DNA of 64,000 nucleotides from Callorhinchus milii (GCF_018977255.1 NW_024704742.1:84818001-84882000), one strand, 5' to 3'. Positions 12,134 through 25,985 are shown, counted from the stretch's first letter. The notes: a model not told the origin generated them from the sequence alone. Numbers and translations: made by a program.

Positions 12134-12275
12134 ACGCCTTCATCTAAACAAGAAGACGACAGACAAACAGCCTTACAGTAAGCTACCTGGTGTTTCCCTG
12201 CTTAAACCGCTGAAAGGAGTGGATCCAAACCTCATAAACAATTTGGAAACCTTCTTTGAACTTGATTACCCTAAG
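12134..12275 (+). CDS. UGCG: UDP-glucose ceramide glucosyltransferase, exon 2 (142 bp)
   Basis: ttcttcctattag acceptor, gtatgt donor; translates (T)[47 protein letters not shown], near-identical to vertebrate UGCG. Confidence 0.97.
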
Positions 12276-13249
12276 GTATGTACAAGCTATTCGTGGAATT
12301 ATTTTTCCCCTCCCCAACAATCACCATGAAAAGGTATGCTAGGAGTTCATATTGGGGATTATTGGCTTATATTTTTGTGCAGTGTCATGGGTAAGAAAAT
12401 TATGGGCCACAATTTTGTTGTGGAAACCTCAACTTTTGACATACAGCACTACTTTTTATAGTTGTCACAACTTTTAATGATTACAGTAAGTATGTGCTCC
12501 CATTTGGATCAGTCCACCTCGTGCTCCCATTGGACCATCCTGTCGGTAGGATGGTGCAATGAGAGCACAAGATGGGTTGATAGACAGGATGATAAGTTTC
12601 TTGATGCTTGGTACCATTGAAGCGGTCATTACTCTGATCCACTTTATTGCTTCATCATGGTTTGTGAATTGAATCCAGTGGCTCCCCTTAGAATCATTCA
12701 TTCTGGTGATGCTTGATGGTGATCCATACATTTTTTCTGATTAGTCATGTATTTGACTCCTGTGGAAACTCAGCTCTGTGCTTAAGAGTATCACAACCAG
12801 AGTGAGAGTTTCAAATATGCATGCCATCTAAACCTGGAAATCTCCCTGTGTCTGGAATGGAATGTACACCCTCTCTCTAGCAGGTGCTTTTGGCTTACCT
12901 GATTCTGAAGAGTATTAGTTGTAGGTTGTTAAGAGCAAGGGCTCCCACGTCAGCTATGGCGTCTCTTCAGTTGAGATTGTCAGCCAGTGCAATTTTGAAT
13001 AGTTGCTCAACTGAGATTGCCCAAGCACATTTCAAGCAGTATTGGCAGACGAGGAGCAATTCAATGTGAGGTGAATTTACAGAATTCCAGAGATGAAAGA
13101 GCAGAATTTAATTAGGCAAATATTTACATACTATGGAGCAGTGCTTGCTTTAATCTTGCCTTATCTTGGTTCTCTGAGTTGACTGGATTTCTTATCTGAT
13201 TGCTTTGAGAAAAATGATCATGCAAACCATATGCCTGAGTTGTGTGTTC

Positions 13250-13655
13250 AAACCCAATATTGGAACTTTGAGCTCCCATCCCTTCTTGATAGTCCAGTTG
13301 GGGATGCACTTCATTGTTTTAGGTGCTGTCCTTTGGATGAAACGTTAAACTGAAGTACCATTTGCCTGTTCAGATAGATATTTAAGATTCCATGACACTT
13401 ATTCAAAAAGAAGGAAGTTTCTCCTGGTGTCATAGCAAACAATCCCTCAGATAAAATTGGTCATTCACTTCATGGCTATTGTGGAATATTGCTGTGCACA
13501 AATTGGCTGCCATGTTTGCCTACAAAAGCAAACTTTATAGTCAATTTGCTGTAAATAAGGCACTTTATTGACGTATTTATAGATAATTTACTGAATTGCT
13601 TTTAAGATGTTTGGATGACATAAGGTGTTATATTAAATGGAAGGATTATTATTGT
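13250..13655 (+). mobile_element. Old Deu-domain-like SINE
   Basis: ggtgctgtcctttggatgaaacgttaaac...tctcctggtgtc...gctgtgcacaaattggctgcc resembles the recalled DeuSINE central domain and tail. Confidence 0.65.
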
Positions 13656-13989
13656 CCATATCAAGTTTTGTGCACATCAATATAGACTGACATTAATTAA
13701 ATAACGATTGCCTAATTTGCATTTGCTATGATTTATTTTTACCTCGTATGTATTTCTGAATTTAAAAAACTCAAACATATACATTTAGGAAAGGAACGTC
13801 GCCACAGAATGATTTGACGGAAATAGAAAATATAATACTATGTGTGGTTTCCACAGATTGATTCCACTGAAAAAAAACCTGACTGTATTGGAATATTTAT
13901 AAGGTTCAATTTCATGGAATGTTTCCTGCACACAATCTTTAAAACTTATTTTGATATAAAGGGTAATCTTTATCCTTGTCTCTCATCAA

Positions 13990-14310
13990 CAACAACTTGC
14001 AGTTATATAGCGCTCTTCATGCAGGGTAGCGTCTCAGAGCACTTAATAGTGGCAGAGCCCAGTTCAGGCAGGACTTGGAAAAAGAGGAGAGAGGGGGCAA
14101 GGCGGAGGGATTGAGGGAGTGTCCCAGAGTTTAAGGGCGTAGTGGCTGAAAGCGCGACCTCCGATGGTGGGGCGGAGGGTGCAATCAACGAGCAGGAGGC
14201 CAGTGCCAGTCGAGTAGATTGGGGAGTGAGGAGGTCAGAGAGGTTGGGAGGTGCCAGAGAACGAAGGGATTTGAACACAAGTGTGAGGAAGTTGACATTT
14301 AACCTCCTCT
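13990..14310 (-). mobile_element. L2 3' fragment
   Basis: FLTLVFKSLRSLAPP motif and caacaacttgcagttatatagcgc tail. Confidence 0.75.
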
Positions 14311-15836
14311 TCATTTAACTGATATCAGAAAAGTGGGTGGGTGACCATACTGCTCTGAGCTGGCTAGAAAATGACTGCTGCTTTTCCACCCCTCCCTCTA
14401 CGGAAACGGCTGATCTCCACCGCGAGTGTAGCAGAGATTGTAACCTCAGCAAAATGGGGGAAAATGTAGCCACGCAGCCCACCATGTCATTGCGCAGCAG
14501 GTTTATTTTGCAGTACAGCAAATGGGGATATTTTTAAATAGTTGACTTTTAGTTTCATGTGTTGCTGCTTGAGCTCCAGTCCCAGGAAAAAGGAAACCAG
14601 AAAAGACGCTAGTATTGCATTTTTGTGTGCTACCACTTTTGAGTACAAAGAAATTGCAGTGAGCATGCAGAGGTTTAAAATATAATTTCATTGAAGTAGT
14701 TAACTTCTCCCACCCGATGTATAAATCTTTGGGATCCTTAGACTAAACTCTGGTTCAGTTTGTACCAGCAGTGCCTATTGGTGCAGATGTTGACTGTCCT
14801 GTGTTTCTTTAGTCTCTAACAAGTAAATCCTTCCATCCCTGGTATCATGCTACTTAATCTTCCCTGTATTTTCCCTGTGACCTTGACATCTAAAGTGGGC
14901 CACCTGAAACTGGACAAAATACTCGAACTGCCCCCTGACCAATTACTCTTAGAGGTTTCAAATTACCTCTTTGATTTTGTATTCTGTGCCCCTATTTATA
15001 AAATCTGGCAACTCATTAACTGTCAAGTTGCCTTCCCACTTGATTTGTTTGTAAATGCCTAGCTCCGTGTGCTCACCTACTGATGGTTGGTACATTATGA
15101 GCTAATTGATGTGCTCGCCTTTGGGGAGACCTTTCTGTGTCCAAATCTACTCTGTGCAGCATTTGAGAGCATCCATAATTTGGAATATCGCTGAAGTCAG
15201 TCTTATCTGTAGTTAATTTTCATAGTTCTTAAAAAAAGTAGAAGAAAAACAGTGTAAAAATTAAGGTGGACTTTAAGAGTTTGCTAAAGAATTGCTAGAT
15301 AAATGGAGTAAATCCAGACCAAGGTGGAATTTTTATTTTTGCATACCAAGGCAAACAGTGTTCAAACATTTCTCGGTTAAATGTGACATAAGCAGAGAAA
15401 ACAAGATAGTGAACACCACATTGTTATCCCTTTAGTGTAATTTTTTTGTTTCTAACTTTTCTATATAGTAGAACTGAAGAAATCTATTTTTCTCTGATGG
15501 ACAACCAAGCATATACATCCAGGTTTCTGCTAATGTTGCATCTAAGTTAAGGTTGTTTTTTGTGGGTAACTTGTCCTTTAGGGATTTTGTTCTCCCTCAA
15601 TCTGAATATTTTGGGTAGCTGAGATGAGGATGGGTGTTCCTGTGTGAGAAATAGAAGATAATGGAAGACAAGGAAGATGGAAAACCACTATTCTACATCT
15701 GAGGTGGTTTTTTTTTTGAACAACAACATTGAAAAGTTTAACCTTAGTGAACCTAGTAGTTTTAGATCGGCACCATGCTTTTCCTGTAACCCATCGCATG
15801 ATTCTGACCTTTTCTTTCCTTCCCCACCATCACCAG

Positions 15837-15939
15837 TATGAAATCCTCCTTTGTGTTCAAGACCACGATGATCCTGCAATCGATGTCTGTAAAAAACTTC
15901 TGGGCAAATATCCAAATGTGGATGCCAAATTGTTTGTTG
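15837..15939 (+). CDS. UGCG: UGCG exon 3 (103 bp)
   Basis: caccag acceptor, gtaagc donor; [34 protein letters not shown](G), includes the D1 region. Confidence 0.97.
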
Positions 15940-16394
15940 GTAAGCAGATTTCAAGATTATAATCTTTTTCTCATAGTTAAATTGGCTGGAAGTTGCTCTT
16001 TCCTAACTTTAGTAAACATTTTACATGATTTATCACTAGCAGCACTCTTCAAACTTGTTTTTTTCAAACAAATAGATTTGTGGTTCACTTTTGTGTAGAT
16101 ATTTGTAATCATTTTCAAATTAGGAAGTTAAAAGTCAAATGGTTAATTTGGAAGGAAATATTGTCAAATCCATTGAGGTATTATTTGATCTATAAATTAA
16201 GATTCCTTAAGCATCAAATATGAATTGTGTAGAGGCTCTGGAGGCAGGACACACGTCTCTACTCAATGTTCCCCATGTTCTCATTGGCGATGTCCGGAAG
16301 CCTGGTTGGGGATTCATCCAAATACTAATAAATCTGATCCCGCTAATCAAAATCTGGGAACCAGAAGGTTAAGTTTAAGGTCTTTGGCTTTGAT

Positions 16395-17430
16395 ACAACA
16401 ACAACTTGCATTTATTTAGAGCCCTTCACATGAGGTTGCATCCACTTAACAGTGGTGAAGTCTGACCTCAAGCCAGAGGGAGGGGGGAGGCACAATCAAA
16501 AAGGAAGATCTTTATACATGATTTGAAAGTGGGGAGGGGGCAAGGCGGAGGCATTGAGAGAGAAAGTTTCACAGTTTCGGGGTGTAGTGGCAAAAGGCAC
16601 GGCCTCTATTGGTAGAACTGAGAGGACAAGGGACAAACAGGAGGCCGGAGCCAGCCGATGGGGAAGTGGGGGGTAAGCAAATCAGATACGTAGATAGATG
16701 TGCGGGCTTGTAGGGATTTGAAAACGAGTGAGAGGATCTTAAAATCGATCCGTTTGGTGATTGGGAGCCAGTGGGGAACCTGGCAGGGACTGATCGGACA
16801 GGGGTACAGAGTTTTGTGCAGGTGAGTATCCTGGCAGCGGAGTTTTGAATTAGTTGAATTTTGTGTACGTTGGAGCTGGGGAGACCAGCAAGGAGGGCAT
16901 TGAAATAGCCCAGCCGGGACGTGACTAAGGCGTGGACGAGGGTTTCGGCTGCTTTGGTTGTAAGGTATGGATGGAGGTGGTCAATGTGATGGAGGTAGAA
17001 AGAAGTGGTCCTGGTCAGGGAACGGATGTGGGGTAGAAATGAAAGCTGGGGATCGAACCTGAGGCCTAAGCTGCACATGAGTTCAGTGAGTCTGAGAGCG
17101 AGCCAGGGAGGTTTAGGTGTTTAAACCCGCAGAAGAGAAGACGTTGACAGGATCCAAAGAGCATGGCTTCACTTTTGCCGACATTCAGCTGCAGGAAATT
17201 TGTGCTCATCCAGGCCTTGATGTCTGGCAAACAAGCTGACAGGACATCAGTGGACTGGGAGTCGCAGCTGGAGGGGGAGAAGTAGATTTGGGTGTCATCC
17301 GCATACATGGGGAAGTTGACCCCATGTCTGTGGATGACATCACCGAGAGGGTGCATGTAGTTCAGGAAAAGAAGGGGGGCAAGGATAGAGCCTTGGGGTA
17401 CCCTGCAAGTGACCGGGTGGGGGAAAGAGG
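16395..17430 (-). mobile_element. L2-clade LINE 3' portion
   Basis: VPQGSILAPLLF, MYADDTQIY, LVHALVTSRL, LQLNVGKSE motifs; L2-type tail. Confidence 0.9.
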
Positions 17431-17475
17431 AAAGAAACATTTGTTGATATGTATTGTTGGTGGTTTGTTAAGTGA

Positions 17476-17797
17476 TAATAATAATAATAATCCTTGCATT
17501 TGATATAGCGCTTTTCACGTTGGGAGGACGTCCCAAAGCGCTTCACAGAACACACTGTAAAGTGAATTGACTGTATATTTGTGGGCGAACGTGGCAGCCA
17601 ATTGCGCACAGCAATGTCCCACAAACAGTCGTAGATTGAAAATGACCAATTTATTATTGTTTTTGGTTATTGGAGGGTTTATTATTAGGCTCTCTGTGGA
17701 GTAAGGAAACTTGCCCAAGGTTTCGCTCTGCCTGGAATTGAACTCGGGTCTCTTGCTTGCAAAGCGAGTGCTCTAACCACTGAGCTACAGGACTCCA
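17476..17797 (-). mobile_element. tRNA-derived SINE, short subfamily
   Basis: Near-identical to the copy at 326-645. Confidence 0.9.
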
Positions 17798-19968
17798 CTC
17801 CTGGTTTCAGGAGGGATGTATCCTGTTATCAAGAAATCAGTGCAATTCCTATTCAATATTTAAGAAATCTCTTAATTTAGACTGCAAATTAAGCCTCCAT
17901 TCATTGGATCCTTGTTTATAACATGGTGATTGGGATCCATAAAATCCCATCTCACATTATAACTAATTAGAATGAAACAAGATAGGAATGAGCCGTTTGG
18001 CCCAGCTAGCCCGTGCTGGTGTTTATTCACCCACACATTTGGTGAACCAGCTGGTTCCCACATTAAAAGAAAAGATGTTCGGCTTCCAGATCACCAAGTA
18101 ACTGACAACGTTCACTTCCCATTTGCTGCGCATGCAGGAAGTAATGGCAGTGGTAACATGATGACTTCGAAGTTGATCGTTTTAGGACGAAAGTGATTGG
18201 AGTCCACAGTGCAACTACACGATAAAGAAACATTATCACATTGCTGCAATGTTTCAACTTTGGTATTGAAATGTAATGAATGTTAATTGTGCTTTGTTCC
18301 TGTCTAAGTAGCTATTGATTTCATTTTACTACAATCTTTTTGTAAAATATTCTAAGAGATTAAATGGTGATTGCTGGTATCCTTTTCCTGTAAACTGATT
18401 TTAAAGTTTTTTTTAGTTAGAATTATTATGTAGAGCCCAAATTGACAACATTGATGAAATATTCTAGGTTAATAGCAGATCTATTGTAATTTAGTTCCCT
18501 CACAAATTTGGGCTATTCGCCTGAGTCAGTTTCTTCAGCACTCTGTTTAAAATCTCTTTTGGACAATGTTCTTTGCCATGGCTGTGTCACCTTTTTAGAT
18601 CAACCCAAGTATGCATCGATCAAACAAAATGTGATTTCACAGGGATTAGTGCCTTTGAAAGAAAGGGCTCAAATTACATATCAAAATTGTGGCTTTGTTT
18701 AGTAGTCTTAAATATACAGATTGAGTCAATTCATTATTGGCACTAATATTACAACAAAGCATAATGGTGGGCTTGTAAAGTTTTGAAATATCGATTTTCA
18801 TTTCAATCTATAGTTTTTTTTTGATGTTCCCTACCTGGACTGTGCCTGCAGAGCATGTTGAGCTAATGTTAACCCTAGAATGAAGAACACAAAAAACACC
18901 ACTCAGTTCATCTTCCACAGACCATTAACCTTGGCCCCTTAATAAATCTGAGGAAAATGTACGCATGAATGTGCAAGTACAACCAAATCAAAGCTCCAGA
19001 ATAATCACTCAACTTCACTGTTCAACCTTACCTTCCCTGTAGTCAATGCTCCCTCTTCCAGCTCCCCCACTGCCTCCATAGCAATAGAGAAACCATTCCA
19101 TGCAGTAATTTCCTCACTTTCATCTATAACAGAATGCTGTACCCAACCAGATATTTAGACAATTTTATTTTTAAATGTTTTGTTGTGATCGGCATTTCAC
19201 CAGAACTGACTTAATGCTACCCCTAGGTCCTAAATATCTGAAACTCCCAGCCGCAATCCATCCACCTCGCCCCCTCTTTAACTTCAAATCCCATTGGAAA
19301 ACCTACCTCAATTGTGTCAATGGTCACCTCCCCTTCTCCCTTGCTCGCTGTCCAACCAGACCACTGTACAGTGCTCCAAGACCTTATCCTATGTGAAGGG
19401 TGCTATATAAATGCAAGTTATTCTACATTATTTTACCCCTTTCCACCCTATGTTCATTTGTGCACAATTGAAGCAATTAATTATTCAGTATTATCAGAAT
19501 CTTTTAGACACAAGTTGAGCGATACAAGAAATAAAACTGCAAGGGAGTACTTCGACAGGAAAGGGTAATTGAATCATCTTGAGTGTATTATCAATCCTTC
19601 AGTGTTGTATGAGGACCTAAAATGACTACCTATTTCTGCTCTAAGGAGTTATTCAGAGTTGAGTGAAATGTAATGGTCTCAAGTTAAAGAAGAATTTTGA
19701 AATATTGAATTGACACAGCACATTGGAGAATGAGTGTTGTGTGTTGTGGTCTGGATTTGTCTCCCTTCCTCTCTCAAATGCTGAGTTCCTATTTGCTGTC
19801 TTGTAGCTGGAATTGTTGCACCAAAGCATTGAAGTCATTGTCCCTGTCCTTCAAGCCCCTCTTAGTGATTGCATACCTCTAGAACAACATCAACAAACAG
19901 CTGAGAACAAGCTTGCCATGCATGGCAAAGGGAGCGAAAGACAGTTGATATTAGTCTCCCTTAACTAG

Positions 19969-20338
19969 AAGTTAATTCTCTGTAACTCAGGGGTTAAAAC
20001 ATTCGCCTTGCAAGCGAGAAACCTGGGTTCTATTCCCGGAAGGGCGATACGTTGAGCAAACTTCCTTACTCCACACGCCTCTGTATACCTAGCAGCAAGT
20101 TGAAATCCAGTTGTTAGTCAATTGGTGGATCGCTTTTCCGAGGGTAATAATTCCTTCAAAAAACATAATAAGTTGGACACTTCAATCCACGACTGTTTGT
20201 GGGACACTGCTGTGTGCAATTGGCTGCTGTGTTTCACCCACAAGTGTAGTCAACTCACTTTACAGTATATTCTATGAAGTGCTTTGAGACGTCTCGAAGA
20301 CGTGATAAGGCGCTATATCAAATGCAAGGATTATTATT
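19969..20338 (+). mobile_element. tRNA-derived SINE, long subfamily
   Basis: Head, extra gcctctg...gcttttccg segment, L2-like tail. Confidence 0.88.
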
Positions 20339-20675
20339 AACAAAAAAGTTCCTTTTTTTTAAAATAAAAGTCATTAGGCCTTTCTACAGGTTTTCTTGAT
20401 GGACGATTCCTCAACATTCTAGTTGCCCTTTTTCACGCAGGTACTGCTTTGATTCCATCCCCATCAATCTCTGTTCAAGCTCTTCTGCAATCATACTGCT
20501 GTCCTTTAGAACTGTCTTCCAAAACTTCTCTTGCCATATGATACTTTCCGATCCTGTAGCCAATGCAATGTCTGTAAAGGGGACTAACAAAAGATACTGT
20601 GCAACAAAGTGTTTTTTAAAAGTACTTGATGTTTACGAGAGTGATATTAACCAAGAGAAATGTTGAAACCTCCAG

Positions 20676-20777
20676 GTGGGAAGAAGGTTGGAATTAATCC
20701 GAAGATCAATAATTTGATGCCGGGATATGAAATTGCAAAATACGAATTTGTATGGATCTGTGACAGTGGGATTCGAG
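20676..20777 (+). CDS. UGCG: UGCG exon 4 (102 bp)
   Basis: ctccag acceptor, gtgagc donor; (G)[33 protein letters not shown](V), includes D2 (ICDSG). Confidence 0.96.
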
Positions 20778-21163
20778 GTGAGCCACAAAGTCTGTGATCT
20801 ATCTTACATTATTGGATTCATATTATTAGTAATGGTCCCTGGAAAATATTGGGCAGAGTAGATGTACAGGACAGTAAAGTACTAGCATGCAATTAATGAA
20901 TGCAACCAAGTCTGTGTTGAACCATCTCAACACAGAGCTCTGCATGGGCATTATTAGAAGACAACTGATATCATTGATGAGGAAAAAATTAGCGATTTAT
21001 TTCAGTAAGACAACACTTTGATGTCACTTCTCAGTGAGGTGGGCAGCTGTGGGAGAGAACAGAAGGAAAAGTAGCCGCCAAAATGAAGAATGTTTAGAAT
21101 GAAACGCATTAAAGGCCTGTTTATGTGATGAAATTTTAAATATCACTATGAATTAATGTTTAG

Positions 21164-21276
21164 TGAATCCAGACACGCTGACTGACATGGCCAACATGAT
21201 GACTGAGAAAGTGGGCCTGGTGCATGGATTACCATATGTTGCTGACAGACAGGGATTTGCTGCCACATTAGAACAG
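21164..21276 (+). CDS. UGCG: UGCG exon 5 (113 bp)
   Basis: tttag acceptor, gtaagg donor; (V)[37 protein letters not shown]; phase joins exon 4. Confidence 0.96.
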
Positions 21277-23457
21277 GTAAGGTTGAAGAAGTATTCTATA
21301 TGAAGAATGTGTTTTATTTTACCAGTTCAGGGATGCTATCTGATTATTGGAATCGCCAAATTTGTTTCACTAATAATGTATTAGAAGTCCTTGAGAGAAT
21401 GACACTTTTAAACTACTGTAATGATGAGGTGAGGTAGTAGTCTTTCAACATTGTCCCAGTGGGCTCACATTCTGGGCTCCACACTTCATTTACGGTGCTG
21501 AATTAACATGGCAGCATCATCCTGCCTTTTTGTCCTGGCTTCATGGATTTTTCCCTCAACCTTTCTCTTTCTCTCATCCTCCTTTGTGGTTTCACTTGTG
21601 GTTCAGGAACCACGCAATATCAGGTGTAACCAGTGAAAATGGAAGAGCAGCTGGACAGAAATGGGCCACAGTTATTGTTTTCTTCGCAGTGACTTTTTGT
21701 TTTCTTTTCCTGAAACTACTGTGTGGTATAAAGAGGAATGTTTCACCAGGATGAAGGAAGTATTCCTAATATTCACCTTCATTCCAGTGCGGTGATTGCA
21801 AACCATATGATTTGTAGTAAACCATCTGAAACATTCTACACAGATAAATCTGGAATATCAAATTCTGACAAAACTCACCCATAACATTTCAGGCATTGCA
21901 AAAAGCTTTATAATTTTTTTTGCATTTTGTAACCAAAAACAAGATTAAAGTTTGGTTTCACAATTTTTAAAGTGGATGTAATTTATGTTTTTTTTCTGAA
22001 AACTTAGTATAAAAGAAAACATTAAACAAAAATGGAAGTCAGAGCAATTGGATAACTGACCTTTTTATGAAGTTGGACATTAAATTAGCACAAAACATTT
22101 TTAAGTTTGTCAATTCTATACATAAGTTTTGTTTGTCCCTGGAAAGGAAAATTCTTGAATACACAACATTTTAATGTACTAAAAATGTTTTGTGTAATTG
22201 ACTTCTCAAAAGAGACCCACATTCATACTGTGCTTTTACTTAAAGACTAAGAATCTTTGAATAGCTGCACTTTATCCTGTTGAGATCTGCTTTATCTGTT
22301 CACCTGTTGATCTGAGGCTCCAGCGCGTAATCTGTTTGTATGTCTCACTCTCAGCAGCTGTTTGTATTTGTTTGTGGGCTGGGATCAGTCAGTATCCTTA
22401 TCATTCCTCAATGTTGCTTAGCAACCATGTTATTTCTTGTCTTGGCATTGGGCAAGTATCTATTCTCTACAGGGCTATAGACTGAAAGTGCGAGCTTTCC
22501 CTGACGTCTCAACCTAATGTGAGACTGAGTCATAGAAATCCTGAAAACCCTAAGTTTGAACATTGCTGTTAACTACTGTCAGATGGGAGACAGTAAAGCT
22601 TAAATTCAGCCTGGAAACCTGCACCTGTTACTACATCTGGTGACCACTGCTGGGAAGTGCATTTGTGTGTATATCAAGTGAGACCAGATGGTCCTAGTGT
22701 GGGTATTCCCACAGATGAATAGTTAGCCAGCACTATTTTTTAGGCTGACCTGTGAAGATCAACTGCTCTTACAAGGTACCAAAGAATTTGGTGAGTCAGC
22801 ACCTTGAGACAAAATAAAATCAGGTCCTCATTGGCAGCATAAGTGCTGACTGCATTGCCAGCACTCACTGCAGTTGATTCAGATTTTCTTTATTGGTATC
22901 TGACATTCCCAGAAACCCATCACGGTGCTTGTTTCCAAACCAAGCTAATAAGAGTTCCACATATGTGATTTCCATTTATCTGGTATGAAGTGTGCCTCTC
23001 CCCATGCAACCTGCTTAAATAATCTTTGAGAGTTTAGTGTGGTTTGTCTAGAATCAACAGTATGCATTGGGGAAACTGGCAGAGTTTGATCAGTTAGATC
23101 CGTACAACCTTCCGTCTCATAGAACTAGTCCATTTCCTGCTGCTTGGCTTGCAGGCCTGTCAGGAGACGGGTAAGAAGAATCCCAGCCTCACTGACTGTT
23201 GACATCATTTGTGGCCTCTACCTGACTAGATATCTTCTCAGAGGCATAATAATTGTTTATATCTATTTTTACCATTAGGTGAAATGTGTAAATATTACTG
23301 TTCTCTTGTAACTACAGACTTGGTTATATAAAAATATTTACACAGAAAGCCTTTGAATTTATAATGGAACATGGTTAGACATGAATGTTTACACAGAAGG
23401 CTTTTGAATTTGTAACTGGACCAATTTCTAAACTTATTAAATTTCATTACATTGCAG

Positions 23458-23636
23458 GTGTATTTTGGCACATCACATCCAAGAACATACATCTCGGCCA
23501 ATGTAACTGGATTCAAATGTGTAACTGGAATGTCTTGTCTAATGAGAAAGGATGTACTGGACCAGGCTGGAGGGCTTATTGCGTTCGCTCAGTATATTGC
23601 AGAAGATTACTTCATGTCCAAGGCTATAGCAGACCG
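23458..23636 (+). CDS. UGCG: UGCG exon 6 (179 bp)
   Basis: ttgcag acceptor, gttagt donor; [59 protein letters not shown](R), includes D3 (AEDYF). Confidence 0.97.
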
Positions 23637-24474
23637 GTTAGTTTGGAAAGCTTGTTTAACACAAAGTTCAGTGAGATGAAGAATGGCCAAACAGTTTCTT
23701 CGTCTGAGAAAGTCAAATCTTTGTTAGTATGCACTGTTGGTGAAAAGCGAGTTCACAGCAGTCTGTCGTTTTATACCCTCCATCATTTAGGTACTGAGTG
23801 GGTGGTGTCATTGCATCCCTTATGCTTAACCTTGTCCCATATGCAATGATCTAATTTATTTCACTCATGTGGATATGAGCAGGTTGACTCCAACCATTCA
23901 ATGACTGAGATCACCTCAACATAAGGTAGTGGGAGTACCATTGCTCTCTGGCACGTCTATCTGGTTTTCCGATCCAGTTTTGCCCATTTTGGGTATTTTG
24001 TAGTCAGCAAAGTAGTTATTATATGGTTAATCATGTTTTCAGTTGCTGTAATAAGGTTGCTAAAATTACTATAATGTGAGCAAAGGTTATGATGTGCCTT
24101 ATTCCAGTTGCATTTGCTCTAATTTTGTATTTGTTTTGTTCTCTTTCTTGAACGTATTTAAATCTGGGGATTTAAAATCTTGGGAATGTTCCCAGAATCT
24201 ACTCAGTGTAACATGATTTGAATGAGGGTAGAGACTTTGAGCTTCTGTCATAGATTCTGGTATCATGGTTCCACCATGTGACTGGGAAGAGGTTGACAGA
24301 GGACTTAAGTGTGCAGCTAATGAATATATCAGAAGTTTTTTCAGAGTTGTAGTGTCGACGAACATAACATGAGTGCAGAAACCACTTGTGTTGTGTTAAG
24401 GGTTCACAGATCAGGGTGTGTCAAACTGATTTTGAGGGGGTATGATCTCATACTTAATTTCACTTTATTTTTAG

Positions 24475-24561
24475 AGGATGGAAATTTGCCATGGCAAGTC
24501 AAGTGGCGATGCAGAATTCGGGGAGCTATTCCATTTCTCTGTTCCAGTCACGAATGATCAG
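24475..24561 (+). CDS. UGCG: UGCG exon 7 (87 bp)
   Basis: ttttag acceptor, gtaaag donor; [28 protein letters not shown](R). Confidence 0.96.
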
Positions 24562-25795
24562 GTAAAGTATTTATAACTTGATAGTCCAGTCTATTCTATA
24601 ATTTAATTGCAATCAAACTCTAACATTTTTTGCCCACCAACGTCTTATTAGTGCTGCCCATACAAGTTTTTCTCTTAGAAACATCATTCTGAAATTTGGC
24701 AAGAGAGGAGTCATTTATTTGATAGCTGCTTTTAAAATTACAGGGGCTCAAAACAACGAACTGATCCAGAACAGTTTCCACAGTCTGACATATATTGGAT
24801 GTAGCATTAATCTCACGGGTGCCTTTATTCTTGAGGTTGCTGGTCTTGTATTTTTGAGAGTGCTTGAAGGAATTGGACCCAAACACACTTTGCACCGATT
24901 GGTATTGAACTTATAGTAGCATACCCGATACCTAGATGCTAACATCTGTTCAAATGCAATATTCATTTTTCTGGAAGGGAGACTTCATCCATCACAAATG
25001 CCCTCAGTCTTAAGACGACATAGCAAAATATATTCATTCAAATTGGCAAGACATCCCAGCGAAATCCTGTTGAGAATCAAAAGGCATGAACTTTACAAAT
25101 AATGAGTAAAATATTTGACACCAAGAGCTTAACTGGTTTCACAAGCTTCTAAGACAACCACCCAGAGTTTAATAGTTCAGATGTTCTAATTGTAATACTA
25201 TCTGCTGTCTCTCCACTGCCCATTGACCTTGTGCACTAATGAGATGTGGGAAGGTGCCGTGGCCAGTGACAGCACAGACCTACCAATGCCCCTCTTCACA
25301 AGCCTGTGAAACTGGTGGCCAAAAAGGAAACAAAATGTTACTTGCTCCTTACCCCTCAACAATATCCAAGACTTTCTTTATATTCTGCCCCCAACTTCCA
25401 TTTTGCTTACTAAAATCTATGTTAAGTGTAATTGTCCTAGGGCATGGGGTAACTTAACACTTTCCTACCAATTGGATCCTCCCCTCCTGACCATTCCACA
25501 TCCAGTGATCCAGTGTAGCTCCAAGACATTTAAATTTAGCTACCCTCTGAGGTTAACCAGCTTTTGCTGGATGAAATGTCACACAGTGCTCAATCTCTTC
25601 TGCCAGATAGGAGGAAGAAGGAGGATCAGCAGGAAAATCTATCCAACCCTACAAAGGAAAAGCCTTATTGGTTGATACACAGCTGCACTAGCAGCACCTG
25701 GGACACAATCTTTAGGTGGGGGTGATTACTACAATTGAGCAGAAATATACATGTTTGTGCGCCGGAAGCTTATTGTATAGTTTCTTGTCCAATAG

Positions 25796-25985
25796 GTGGT
25801 CAAAATTGCGGATCAATATGCTGCCTGCTACCATCGTATGTGAACCGATCTCTGAGTGTTTTGTCGCAAGTTTGATAATAGGATGGGCTGTTCACCATAT
25901 CTTCAAATGGGACATTATGGTGTTTTTTATGTGCCACTGCTTAGCTTGGTTTATATCGGATTACATTCAACTCCGAGGAATTCAG
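25796..25985 (+). CDS. UGCG: UGCG exon 8 (190 bp)
   Basis: aatag acceptor, gtacgc donor; [63 protein letters not shown]; completes the RMIRW ((Q/R)xxRW) motif across the exon 7/8 junction. Confidence 0.97.

Noticed and set aside
19548..19968. The 421-bp spacer as a spliced intron explaining the 34-kb copy
   Set aside because: It ends in ...ttaactag, but using the nearest GT leaves the junction one base short of the 34-kb sequence and the donor is poor.
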